Positions 1 to 13,100 of a stretch of 64,000 bases of DNA are shown piece after piece (the stretch's first letter is position 1; each line of letters opens with the position of its first letter). The DNA comes from Balanoglossus misakiensis (Eukaryota > Animalia > Hemichordata). The stretch covers positions 9,630,461 through 9,694,460 of the forward strand of contig CM082596.2 in assembly GCA_040954595.2 (NCBI GenBank), given 5' to 3'. The notes under the pieces were generated by a model, which saw only the letters and a list, made by a program, of their open reading frames with translations, made no database searches and had not been told where the DNA came from. Position numbers and translations under genes: made by a program.

Positions 1-3000
1 AATAGAGTTAGAAGTCTGGCTTTTTGTTGGATACGGATCAGTGTGATATCAAATTTTGTTAGCACAATTTTGCATGACCTCTGACTTACTTAACCATTTC
101 TCAGCATCCATAACAGATACAGCCTTTGCTTTGTGTTGGAACCATGCTAACCACTTTGGCCCCTGCAATGCTGCATGTTGCTTTAATTGTCTCCTTCATG
201 GTTGCCATATAGGATATTCTGATAATCTATAAAAGTTGACTTTCTTCAAAACTGCAGGGCGAATCAAGTTCTAATTTACTGTTCACAAAGTTTGACAATA
301 ATATCATTAGTGGTCATGTGACTTTGGATGCCTTATTGGATTTTTGAAAATCTCATTAAAAAATCTCATTTATTTTTCCTAATCATGTTCTCAAGTGAAT
401 TGTGATTGGTTTAACCTTATTGGAGCCAAATTGAATTTTCTAAAATCCGATTAACAAATACATTTTCCTATTTCTTGCCTACTAATTGATAGCACACAAC
501 TATTTTTTATGGATACGAGTCACCATATGACTAGAATATGTTACATTTTTTGGCAACTTTCACACATTCTCTAATCCATTTTTGTTCACTACTTAATTTT
601 ATGTGGATATGCCTCTTGTTAAAAAGCACAACAGTCATGATTTTGTTCACATGAGTACTACTGCTGCCAGGACATAACCCAAATCTTTTGATAACTTTGG
701 CAATGACATTTGATCTACTATCCCATGCCTTGGAATGTACAGCAGATACAGCCTTCAAATTTTTAGGACTGGAATACCTAATGAAGTATTAAACGTTAAC
801 ACAATAATTATGTACATAAGCAATTTCAAGTTAACCAATATAGCTTAGAAGTCTGGATTTTGTTGGACACTGATCAGTTTGATATCAAAATTTGTTGGCA
901 CAATTTTGCATGACATCTGGCTTACTTTACCATTTCTCGGCATCTGCTACAGATACAGCCTTTGCTTTCTGTTGGAACCATGCTAACCACATTCGTCCCT
1001 CCAATGCTGCTTTTAGCTTTGTCTTCGTCATGGCAGCCATATTGGATTTTCTGATAACCTTTAAAAATTGACTCTTTTCAAAAATTACAAGGCCAATAAA
1101 GTTCTGATTTACTGTGCGGTTCCAATTTTTTCAATAATAATGTTAGTGGTCATGTGACTTTGGATTTATTATGGATTTTTGAAAAATCTCATTAAAAATG
1201 TCAAAAATCTTTTTCTACTTAAGTTTTCAAGTGAATTGTGATTGGTTCAACCTTATTGGATAAAACTTTTGTATGGATACGAGTCGCCATATGACCAGAA
1301 TACATGTTTTTGATCCAGTTTTCTCAGAACTTGATTATACAAAATTTTGACAACTACACATGTCCTTTGATCCAGTGTTTTCTGAACTTAATTGTATGTG
1401 GATACGATTCTTGTTAAAAAGCACAACAGTCATGATTTTGTTTACATGAGTACTGCTGCTGCCGGAACATAACCTTATTTTTTGATAATTTTGGCAATGA
1501 CCTTTGATCTACGTTCCCATAACCTGGCATGCACAGCAGATGCATGTTTCAAATTTAGAGGACTGGAACACCTAATGAAGTACTTTACCATTTCTTGGCA
1601 TCCACAACAGATACAGCCTTTGCTTTCTTTTGAAACCATGCTAACCAGTTTAGCCCCTGCAATCCTGCTTGTAAGTTTAATTGTCTTCTTCATGACGGCC
1701 ATATTGGATTTTCTGATAATTTCTACAAGTTGACATATTTTTTCAAAACTGCAGGGCAAATCAATTACTAATTGACTGTCCGGTTCAAAGTTTGACAATA
1801 ATATCATTAGTGGTCATGTGACTTTTGATGCCTTATTGGATTTTTGAAAATCTCATTATAATTGTCATTTTTTTATCTAATCAAGTTTTCAAGTGAATTT
1901 TGATTGGTTAAATCTCATTGGAGCCAAATTAGATTTTCTAAACTCCGATTAAGAACTAAATTTTCCTATTTTTAGCCTATGCATTGATTGCATACAAATT
2001 CCTTTAATGGATACGAGTCACCATACAACTAGAATATGTTACAATTTTTTGGCAACTTTCACATGTCCTTTGATCCAACCTTTTTCAACACCTAATAATA
2101 CAAATTTTTGGCAACTTTCATTTGTTCTTTGATCCAGATCTTTCAGAACTTAATTAAAGCTTATTGAAGCCAAATTGGATTTTATGAATTCTGATTAAAA
2201 ACTAAAATTTCCTTTTTCTGGGCTACTCATTGATTGCACACCAATTCTTTTTATAGATACGAGTCTTCATATGACCAGAATACATTGCATTTTTTTTGGC
2301 AACTTTCGCATGTATTTTGATCTAGTTTTTTTCAGAACTTAATTATTCGTGGATGTGCCTCTTGTTGAAAAGCACAACAGTGATGATTTTTGTCACATTA
2401 CTGCTGCCAGGACATATTTTCGTTCTACATTTGGCACCTGTATTCTTTTCTGAATATCTTATTGCGGCAAGACTAGTAGCACTAGAGGTTTGGTTTTTGA
2501 TGTATATGGACAAGTATGGGACTTTGGTATTTTTGTTACATTTGGAATCCACTGGACCAATGTTGACCTTATTAAATATGTGCATATCTAATGCTGAGCT
2601 TACCCATATTGTTACAGGTTGAATTTTTTATGAACATGCTCTACTTTTGGACTTAATTTTTTTGCTGAATTTCTTGACCAATGATAATCTTATAAATATG
2701 TGCTTACGTAATTGTAGACTAGACAATGAAGCTTTGAGTCTGGGTTTCCTTGAACATAGACCACTATGCAATCAAAATTTTTTCTGACATTTTTGATGGC
2801 TTTGGTTTTGGACATTTTTGATGGACCTATTTTTCCATGCCTTGGCATGCACAGCAGATAACGTCTTACAATTTTGAAGGCTGGAACACCTAATAACCAG
2901 GTTAACCAATAGAGCCAGAAGTCTTGTTTTTCATTTTACACTGATCATTTTGGAAGAAAAAATTGTTGACAATTTTGGGTGAGCTCTTGGTGACCTTTGA

Positions 3001-3095
3001 TCAACTTTCCTATAAACATAGCAGATATAGCATTGGCACTCTCTGGTATCCATAGGAACTGCTTAGACCTAGCCAATGTTGGTCGCACCTATTTT
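1..3095 (+). repeat. Tandem, degenerate copies of a HINE-like element segment
   Basis: Recurring blocks (cagcagatacagcc; ggccatattggattt; tggtcatgtgactt; gcacaacagtcatgattttg). Degenerate 3'-end motif gcccc..aatgctgc..gctttaatt near 158, 996 and 1654 matches the end of the element at 4527-4560. Confidence 0.6.
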
Positions 3096-3171
3096 TTTTT
3101 TATTAATTAATCATATGTACCCCTTGACCCTCAGTTTGTTGGGTTGGGCTGGCTTGCCACATTAATGCTAT

Positions 3172-4560
3172 CATAAGGGGCACAAGCCAGGCGAGGTAGA
3201 TCTGGAAAACCGCAGCACCTACAGGGCTGAAACTTGGTAGGGTGATAGGGGCCAATGAGTAGACCTAGAGTGGCCGTGAATATTTAATTAGTCACGTGAC
3301 CTGGCGGCCATATTAGATTTTCCGAAAACCGTTAAATGACTCCTTCTCAAAAACTACTGGGCCAATCGAGTTCAAATTTTGTGTGCAGGTAGCCTACCTT
3401 CTGTCCATCATTTTACCCCATTGAAATCATGATGTCAAATATAAAGTTTTTTTGCTACAATTTTTTTTCTGAAAAACTACTTAAAACTTGTAAAATCTTC
3501 TTCTCCAGAAGCAGTGATCGCCGAGTTATGGGATTCGGGGTATGCAGTCACCTAACCTATGTCTTTCAAGTTTGCGAAGTGCACTGTGATTGGTCGATCA
3601 TTATGGCGGCCATATTGGATTTCCTGAAAACCATTGAAAAATGTAAATTCCGTTCTATAGCCAAAATGTTGACACCAAGGAAATTATTTTTGTGGATATA
3701 AGTCATCATATGACCGGAACTTGTCACAATTTTGGGGGCAATTTTCACATGACCTTTGACCCAGTTTTAAACCAACTAATTATATATGCATATTCCCCAT
3801 ACCTCCTCTTGTAAAAGCACTACAGTCATGAATTTTGTGGACATGGGTACCAATGCTGTCAGGACATGACACAAATATTTTCGCAATGACCTTTGACCTA
3901 TTTCTGAAACATCATTTTTCTGCATATCTAAATCCAGGCTAACCAATAGGGCTCCAGGTCTGGTTTTTGTTGGACATGGCCCACTATGGGGTCAAACTTT
4001 TATGCCCAAATTTTGGGTGACCTTTGACCTACTTTCCCATATCTCAGCTTCCAGAGCAGTTACAGCCCTGGCTATTGGGGGATTGACCACCTAATAGAGT
4101 CTTACACAATACCTCATTAATTATGTGCATATCTTATTCCAAGCTAACCAACAGGGCTAGATGTTTGGTTTTTGTTGTATAAGGACATATGTGGTGTCAA
4201 AATTTTGCTCAAATTTTGGTGACCTCAAGTGACCTTTGACCTTCTTCCCTATATCTCGGCATCCAGACAGGATAGAGCCTTGGCTTTTGGAGGGATTGAA
4301 CACCTTTTGGGGTTTTTTATGTTACCTCATTAATTATGCACATATCTAATACCAGGCTAACCAATAGGGCTAGAGGTTTGGTTTTTGTTGGTCATGGACA
4401 AGTATGGTGTCAAAATGTTTCGCCCAAATTTGGGTGAACTCAGGTGACCTTTGACCTACTTTCCCATATCTTGGTATCCACAGCAGATACAGCTTTGGGA
4501 TTCGCTGGTTACCATGGGAACCATTTGTGCCCCACCAACGCTGCTTGCAGCTTTAATTAT
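3172..4560 (+). mobile_element. Non-autonomous Helentron-associated (HINE/DINE-1-like) element
   Basis: 5' subTIR ggggcacaa (3177) and its reverse complement ttgtgcccc (~4525), followed by stem-loop gctgc-tt-gcagc (4541-4552) and a T-rich end. Internal ~210-bp tandem units (ggctaaccaatagggct at ~3937, ~4143, ~4355). Confidence 0.65.
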
Positions 4561-4669
4561 CATTGATTTCATGTATTTAATTCTTTCATTCTTTTTTCTT
4601 CTGTAGGTCCCACCGGTACTCTTCTTCTTCTCTCTCTCTTCCTTTCTTTCTTTCTTTTTTCTCTCTTCT

Positions 4670-5292
4670 CTTTTTTTTTCCCTGTAGGCCCCAATGGTAA
4701 CACCATAATCAACCTACTAACGTAAAATTTGATGGATGGGTGGAGCGGAGTGTCAACCATAGTCAACCTACTAATATAAACTTTGATGGATGGATGGAGC
4801 GGAGCGTCAACCATAGTCAACCTACTAATATTAAACTTTGATGGATGGATGGAGCGGAACGTCAACCATAGTCAACCTACTAAATATAAACTTTGATGGA
4901 TGGATGGGGCGGAGCGTCAACCATAGTCAACCTGCTGAAATATAAACTTTGATGGATGGATGGTGCCATGGAGCGTCAACTTAAACGATGGAGAAGTGGA
5001 AGGATGGAGAAGAAGAGTTTTTTTTTCTCTTTTTTCTCTTTTTTTTCCTGTAGGGTTCACTGGTAACACCATAATCAACCTACTAACGTAAAATTTGATG
5101 GATGGATGGATGGAGCGGAGTGTCAACCATAGTCAACCTACTAATATTAAACTTTGATGGATGGATGGAGCGGGGCGTCAACCATAGTCAACCTGCTGAA
5201 ATATAAACTTTGGTGGATGGATGGTGCCGTGGAGCGTCAACTTAAAGGATGGAGATGTGGAAGGATGGAGAAGTGGAGTTTCAACATAATAA
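4670..5292. repeat. Minisatellite with ~56-60 bp unit, arranged as two duplicated blocks
   Basis: Unit gatggatggagcggagcgtcaaccatagtcaacctactaatataaacttt repeated. Each block starts with T-run-cctgtagg...tggtaacaccataatc (~4680 and ~5045). Confidence 0.9.
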
Positions 5293-5419
5293 ACCTATCG
5301 ACCGAAATTATGAGGTAGAGTTTTATAGGAGTACAAAACGAAGTGATCGTACTATAAAACTTAATAGTCCAATAAATCAGGTTAATAATTGGTAGTGATT
5401 ACTTATGCTAAAATGAGGT

Positions 5420-6105
5420 TAACAGCAATGGCTTTGTGCAGGGTATGATAATAGGTTCATAAATGTGTGTGGTATAATAAAGGCGAACAAATATGAATGG
5501 TTTAATAAAAGGGTTACAAATGTGATGATGGCTTATGGTAAAACTTGAGTGTACACAGGTTATACAGGGGTAACAGTGGTTTTTTGGATGAAGGGAATGA
5601 TAATAGGGTAACAAATGTGACTGGTATAAAAGGTATAATAATGGGTTTATAATATGATGATGACTTGTGTACACAGGTTATAATGGGTATATGAATGAGA
5701 AGGGTATAATAAATGGTGATAACTGTGTCGGGTTTAATAAAGGTAACAATCATGGAAGGGTATAATAACGATTAATAATTGCGGTGATGGCTTATGGTGA
5801 TATTAAGTATACAAGGGTGTTAATATTGATGATGATGACAGAGGTATAATAATAATATAACATTAAATAAGTGTCCAGGGTCTAATAATCATGTTGGTTC
5901 ATTAATTGGTTAATGTGTATGTTTTATGAATAACATGCTATTATTTCTCAGATAGATAATACTCGTCAGCATCGTTATTCGGTGGAATTTCTCGCAACGG
6001 TACCCGTGATCGTATTCGCGCATCGACACATTGTACGCGACAGACAGGCAGAACATGTTAGGTTAGCTAAACCTCCCCACCCCATCCAAATTCCAAATTT
6101 AGCTT
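5420..6105 (+). repeat. Dispersed ~700-bp repeat, copy 1 (unclassified)
   Basis: Collinear with 37975-38640, e.g. ttatgaataacatgcta..ttctcagatag and ctccccaccccatccaaattcca..tttagct. Confidence 0.8.
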
Positions 6106-7090
6106 AGATCATGGGGTAAGAGGAGGAGAGGACAGTTTTTTTTCCTCTTTTGTAACTGGTCTGAGGTTTTTAACTGCCCTTTAGGCGCGTAAATTAGATA
6201 TGTAATCATACAAGTAGTTATCTTGCTTTATTTGAAAACAATTATGATAGAGCTCTACGAGATTATGTACACAATAGTGTGTTATATAATGCTAAGGTAA
6301 AAGTAAACTTAACCCACTAACCCATCACTCTATTGTGTGCATAATTTGCAGATGCTATTTTGACTGGCCCATTGTCACAGTTCAACCACATGACACCTTG
6401 TTTCAAAAAGAGCAGAAACTATTTGTGTTAATTTCTTTCAGGTTAACTACATGACACATTGTTTCAAATTGGCCTGCAAGATTTACTACTTGAACCTCCA
6501 CCCCCCTCCAGCCCCCCCCCCCCCCCAAAAAAAAAAATAAAAAATAAAAAATTAGGGATTAATCAATCGCTATATTATGAACATTCACATGAAAATTATG
6601 CAACCAAATTAGAGGTATTCTGGAGGCGTCTTCTGATGTCAGGTGGTTCAAATCCACCAATACCTAAGCTGGAAACATAACTTTTCATTGGTGTTCATAT
6701 ATGGCAAATAAAACATGCATATTCATATTCTCAAATTTCAGAAATGAACAAATTGAAGTAGATTCTTTTCGATATGCCTTTATAAACCAACTTTAATCCT
6801 ATTTTACCCACTTTACTCAAAATGTTGTGTTTAAATTGCCCACAAGTAAGTCTTTTCTTATCTGCATATATTCATAATGTTTTCCGCAAAGTGTACAACT
6901 GCATGTCTTGTGATCAGTATTGTGACATCTAAGAAGAACGGGAACTGGTCAGAGAACTGGGATATGGGAGCTGACAAACTGAGTTGTTGGAAATTCAAAG
7001 AGACTAATTTGCACTTTTCCACATTTTCTTGAAATCTGACTAGGAGCTAAACAAGGCACCATACAGAAAGGTCATTCTGTCACATAGTCA

Positions 7091-7125
7091 TAGTCCAGTG
7101 GTTAGAGGATCATGGGTTCGAACCC
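7091..7125 (+). promoter_or_regulatory. tRNA/SINE-like Pol III A-box and B-box remnant
   Basis: tagtccagtggttag (A-box/D-arm-like) and ggttcgaaccc (B-box), but only ~13 bp apart, with no anticodon arm. Confidence 0.4.
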
Positions 7126-7127
7126 TG

Positions 7128-10100
7128 TCACTTTGACATGGGTATAAAATGTGTATAGGGGGATTTAAAGTTGTCAGTAAATCCCTGGGTTAATACGTGG
7201 CGGAAAGCACTGTACTTTGACATTGCTAATGCAACGATGACATTGAATGGGATTCTTTGCATTAGGGCAAATGGCGAAGCAAGCTCAATGATGCATCAGA
7301 GTAGATGGTGATGCAAGCTCTGCACTTTCACATGGGTATTTAATGTTAAATGTAAATCCATAGGTTAATACGTGGCCAAAAGCACTCTATTTTGACATTG
7401 TTAATTGAACGATGACATTGAATCTGATTCTTTGCATCAGGGCAAATGGCGAAGCAAGGTTGATGATGCATCAGGGTAGATAGTGATGCAATCACTTCAC
7501 TTTGACATGGGTATTAAATGCATATGGGGATTTCAAGTTGATGATAAATCCCTGGGTTAATACGTGGCCAAAAGCACTCTAATTTGACATTGCTAATGCA
7601 ACGATGACATTGAATCTGATTCTTTGCATCAGGGCAAATGGCGAAGCAAGGTTGATGATGCATCAGGGTAGATAGTGATGCAAGCTCTGCACTTTGACAT
7701 GGGTATAAAATGCCTACAGGGGGATTTAAAGTTGTCTGTAAATCCCTGGGTTAATACGTGGCGGAAAGCACTGTACTTTGACATTGCATATGCAATGGTG
7801 ACATTGAATGGGATTCTTTGCATTAGGGCAAATGGCGAAGCAAGCTCAATGATGCATCAGAGTAGATGGTGATGCAAACTCTGCACTTTCACATGGGTAT
7901 TTAATGTTAACTGTAAATCCATAGGTTAATACGTGGCCAAAAAGCACTCTAATTTGACATTGCTAATGCAACGATGACATTGAATCTGATTCTTTGCATC
8001 AGGGCAAATGGCGAAGCAAGGTTGATGATGCATCAGGGTAGATAGTGATGCAATCACTTAACTTTGACATGGGTATTAAATGCATATGGGGATTTCAAGT
8101 TGATGATAAATCCCTGGGTTAATACATGTCCAAAAGCACTGTACTTTGACATTGCTAATGCAACGATGACATTGAGTCTGATTCTTTGCATCAGGTTAAT
8201 GGCGAAGCAAGGTTGATGATGCATCAGGGTAGATAGTGATGCAATCACTTCACTTTGACATGGGTATTAAATGCATATGGGGATTTCAAGTTGATGATAA
8301 ATCCCTGGGTTAATACGTGTCCAAAATCACTGTACTTTGACATTGCTAATGCAACGATGACATTGAATCTGATTCTTTGCATCAGGGTAAATGGCGTAGC
8401 AAGCTTTATGATGCATCAGGGTAGATAGTGATGCAAACACTTAACTTTGACATGGGTATTAAATGCATATGGGGATTTCAGATTGTTGAAAAATCTGTGG
8501 GTTAATACGTGTCCAAAAGCACTGTACTTTGACATTGCTAATGCAACGATAACATTGAATCTGATTCTTTGCATCAGGGTAAATGGCGTAGCAAGCTTTA
8601 TGATGCATCAGGGTAGATAGTGATGCAAACACTTCACTTTGACATGGGTATAAAATGCCTACAGGGGGATTTAATGTTGTCTGTAAATCCCTGGGTTATT
8701 ACGTGTCCAAAATCACTGTACTTTGACATTGCTAATGCAGCGATGACATTGAATCTGATTCTTTGCATCAGGGTAAATGGCGAAGCAAGGTTGATGAAGC
8801 ATCAGGGTAGATAGTGATGCAAGCTCTGCACTTTGACATGGGCATAAAATGTCTACAGGGGGATTTAAAGTTGTCTGTAAATCCCTGGGTTAATACGTGT
8901 CCAAAAGCACTTTACTTTGACATTGCTAATGTAACGATGACATTGAATCTGTTTCTTTGCATCAGGGTAAATGGCGTAGCAAGCTTTATATTGCATCAGG
9001 GTAGATAGTGATGCAAACACTTCACTTTGACATGGGTATTAAATGCATATGGGGATTTCAAGTTGATGATAAATCCCTGGGTTAATACATGTCCAAAAGC
9101 ACTGTACTTTGACATTGCTAATGCAACGATGACATTGAGTCTGATTCTTTGCATCAGGTTAATGGCGAAGCAAGGTTGATGATGCATCAGGGTAGATAGT
9201 GATGCAATCACTTCACTTTGACATGGGTATTAAATGCATATGGGGATTTCAAGTTGATGATAAATCCCTGGGTTAATACGTGTCCAAAATCACTGTACTT
9301 TGACATTGCTAATGCAACGATGACATTGAATCTGATTCTTTGCATCAGGGTAAATGGCGTAGCAAGCTTTATGATGCATCAGGGTAGATAGTGATGCAAA
9401 CACTTAACTTTGACATGGGTATTAAATGCATATGGGGATTTCAGGTTGTTGAAAAATCTGTGGGTTAATACGTGTCCAAAAGCACTGTACTTTGACATTG
9501 CTAATGCAACGATAACATTGAATCTGATTCTTTGCATCAGGGTAAATGGCGTAGCAAGCTTTATGATGCATCAGGGTAGATAGTGATGCAAACACTTCAC
9601 TTTGACATGGGTATAAAATGCCTACAGGGGGATTTAATGTTGTCTGTAAATCCCTGGGTTATTACGTGTCCAAAATCACTGTACTTTGACATTGCTAATG
9701 CAGCGATGACATTGAATCTGATTCTTTGCATCAGGGTAAATGGCGAAGCAAGGTTGATGAAGCATCAGGGTAGATAGTGATGCAAGCTCTGCACTTTGAC
9801 ATGGGCATAAAATGTCTACAGGGGGATTTAAAGTTGTCTGTAAATCCCTGGGTTAATACGTGTCCAAAAGCACTTTACTTTGACATTGCTAATGTAACGA
9901 TGACATTGAATCTGTTTCTTTGCATCAGGGTAAATGGCGTAGCAAGCTTTATATTGCATCAGGGTAGATAGTGATGCAAACACTTCACTTTGGCATGGGT
10001 ATTAAATGCATATGGGGATTTCAAGTTGATGATAAATCCCTGGGTTAATACATGTCCAAAAGCACTGTACTTTGACATTGCTAATGCAACGATGACATTG

Positions 10101-13100
10101 AGTCTGATTCTTTGCATCAGGTTAATGGCGAAGCAAGGTTGATGATGCATCAGGGTAGATAGTGATGCAATCACTTCACTTTGACATGGGTATTAAATGC
10201 ATATGGGGATTTCAAGTTGATGATAAATCCCTGGGTTAATACGTGTCCAAAATCACTGTACTTTGACATTGCTAATGCAACGATGACATTGAATCTGATT
10301 CTTTGCATCAGGGTAAATGGCGTAGCAAGCTTTATGATGCATCAGGGTAGATAGTGATGCAAACACTTAACTTTGACATGGGTATTAAATGCATATGGGG
10401 ATTTCAGGTTGTTGAAAAATCTGTGGGTTAATACGTGTCCAAAAGCACTGTACTTTGACATTGCTAATGCAACGATAACATTGAATCTGATTCTTTGCAT
10501 CAGGGTAAATGGCGTAGCAAGCTTTATGATGCATCAGGGTAGATAGTGATGCAAACACTTCACTTTGACATGGGTATAAAATGCCTACAGGGGGATTTAA
10601 TGTTGTCTGTAAATCCCTGGGTTATTACGTGTCCAAAATCACTGTACTTTGACATTGCTAATGCAGCGATGACATTGAATCTGATTCTTTGCATCAGGGT
10701 AAATGGCGAAGCAAGGTTGATGAAGCATCAGGGTAGATAGTGATGCAAGCTCTGCACTTTGACATGGGCATAAAATGTCTACAGGGGGATTTAAAGTTGT
10801 CTGTAAATCCCTGGGTTAATACGTGGCGGAAAGCACTGTACTTTGACATTGCATATGCAATGGTGACATTGAATGGGATTCTTTGCATTAGGGCAAATGG
10901 CGAAGCAAGCTCAATGATACATCAGAGTAGATGGTGATGCAAACTCTGCACTTTCACATGGGTATTTAATGTTAAATGTAAATCCATAGGTTAATACGTG
11001 GCCAAAAGCACTCTAATTTGACATTGCTAATGGAACGATGACATTGAATCTGATACTTTGCATCAGGGCAAATGGCGAGGCAAGGTTTATGATGCATCAG
11101 GGTAGATAGTGATGCAATCACTTCACTTTGACATTGGTATTAAATGCATATGGGGATTTCAAGTTGATGATAAATCCCTGGGTTAATACGTGTCCAAAAG
11201 CACTGTAATTTGACATTGCTAATGCAACGATGACATTGAATCTGATTCTTTGCATCAGGGTATATGGCGTAGCAAGCTTTATGATGCATCAGGGTAGATA
11301 GTGATGCAAACACTTCACTTTGACATGGGTATTAAATGCATATGGGGATTTCAGGTTGTTGAAAAATCTGTGGGTTAATACGTGTCCAAAAGCACTGTAC
11401 TTTGACATTGCTAATGCAACGATGACATTGAATCTGATTCTTTGCATCAGGGTAAATGGCGTAGCAAGCTTTATGACGCATCAGGGTAGATAGTGATGCA
11501 AACACTTTACTTTGAGATGGGTATAAAATGCCTACAGGGGGATTTAAAGTTGTCTGTAAATCCCTGGGTTAATACGTGGCGGAAAGCACTGTACTTTGAC
11601 ATTGCATATGCAATGGTGACATTGAATGGGATTCTTTGCATTAGGGCAAATGGCGAAGAAAGCTCAATGATGCATCAGAGTAGATGGTGATGCAAACTCT
11701 GCACTTTCATATGGGTATTTAATGTTAACTGTAAATCCATAGGTTAATACGTGGCCAAAAGCACTCTAATTTGACATTGCTAACGCAACGATGACATTGA
11801 ATCTGATTCTTTGCATCAGGGCAAATGGCGAAGCAAGGTTGATGATGCATCAGGGTAGATAGTGATGCAATCACTTAACTTTGACATGGGTATTAAATGC
11901 ATATGGGGATTTCAAGTTGATGATAAATCCCTGGGTTAATACGTGTCCAAAAGCACTGTACTTTGACATTGCTAATGTAACGATGACATTGAATCTGTTT
12001 CTTTGCATCAGGGTAAATGGCGTAGCAAGCTTTATATTGCATCAGGGTAGATAGTGATGCAAACACTTCACTTTGACATGGGTATTAAATGCATATGGGG
12101 ATTTCAAGTTGATGATAAATCCCTGGGTTAATACGTGTCCAAAAGCACTGTACTTTGACATTGCTAATGCAACGATGACATTGAGTCTGATTCTTTGCAT
12201 CAGGGTAAATGGCGAAGCAAGGTTGATGATGCATCAGGGTAGATAGTGATGCAATCACTTCACTTTGACATGGGTATTAAATACATATGGGGATTTCAAG
12301 TTGATGATAAATCCCTTGGTTAATACGTGTCCAAAAGCACTGTACTTTGACATTGCTAATGCAACGATGACATTGAATCTGATTCTTTGCATCAGGGTAA
12401 CTGGCGTAGCAAGCTTTATGATGCATCAGGGTAGATAGTGATGCAAACACTTAACTTTGACATGGGTATTAAATGCATATGGGGATTTCAGGTTGTTGAA
12501 AAATCTGTGGGTTAATACGTGTCCAAAAGCACTGTACTTTGACATTGCTAATGCAACGATGACATTGAATCTGATTCTTTGCATCAGGGTAAATGGCGAA
12601 GCAAGGTTGATTATGCATCAGGGTAGATAGTGATGCAAGCTCTGCACTTTCACATGGGTATTTAATGTTAACTGTAAATCCATAGGTTAATACGTGGCCA
12701 AAAGCACTCTAATTTGATACTGCTAATGCAACGATGACATTGAATCTGATTCTTTGCATCAGGTCAAATGGCGAAGCAAGGTTGATGATGCATCAGGGTA
12801 GATAGTGATGCAATCACTTCACTTTGACATGGGTATTAAATGCATATGGGGATTTCAGGTTGTTGAAAAATCTGTGGGTTAATACGTGTCGAAAAACACT
12901 GTACTTTGACATTGCTAATGCAATGATGACATTGAATCTGATTCTTTGCATCAGGGTAAATGGCGAAGCAAGGTTGATGAAGCATCAGGGTAGATAGTGA
13001 TGCAAGCTCTGCACTTTGACATGGGCATAAAATGCCTACAGGGGGATTTAAAGTTGTCTGTAAATCCCTGGGTTAATACGTGGCGGAAAGCACTGTACTT

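Noticed and set aside
5945-6066. Exon-like segment (ttctcag|...|gttag) in the dispersed repeat
   Set aside because: The second copy has indels and no conserved reading frame, and no partner exons are visible.
7085-7130. Functional tRNA gene
   Set aside because: Too short; it lacks the anticodon arm and a complete acceptor stem.
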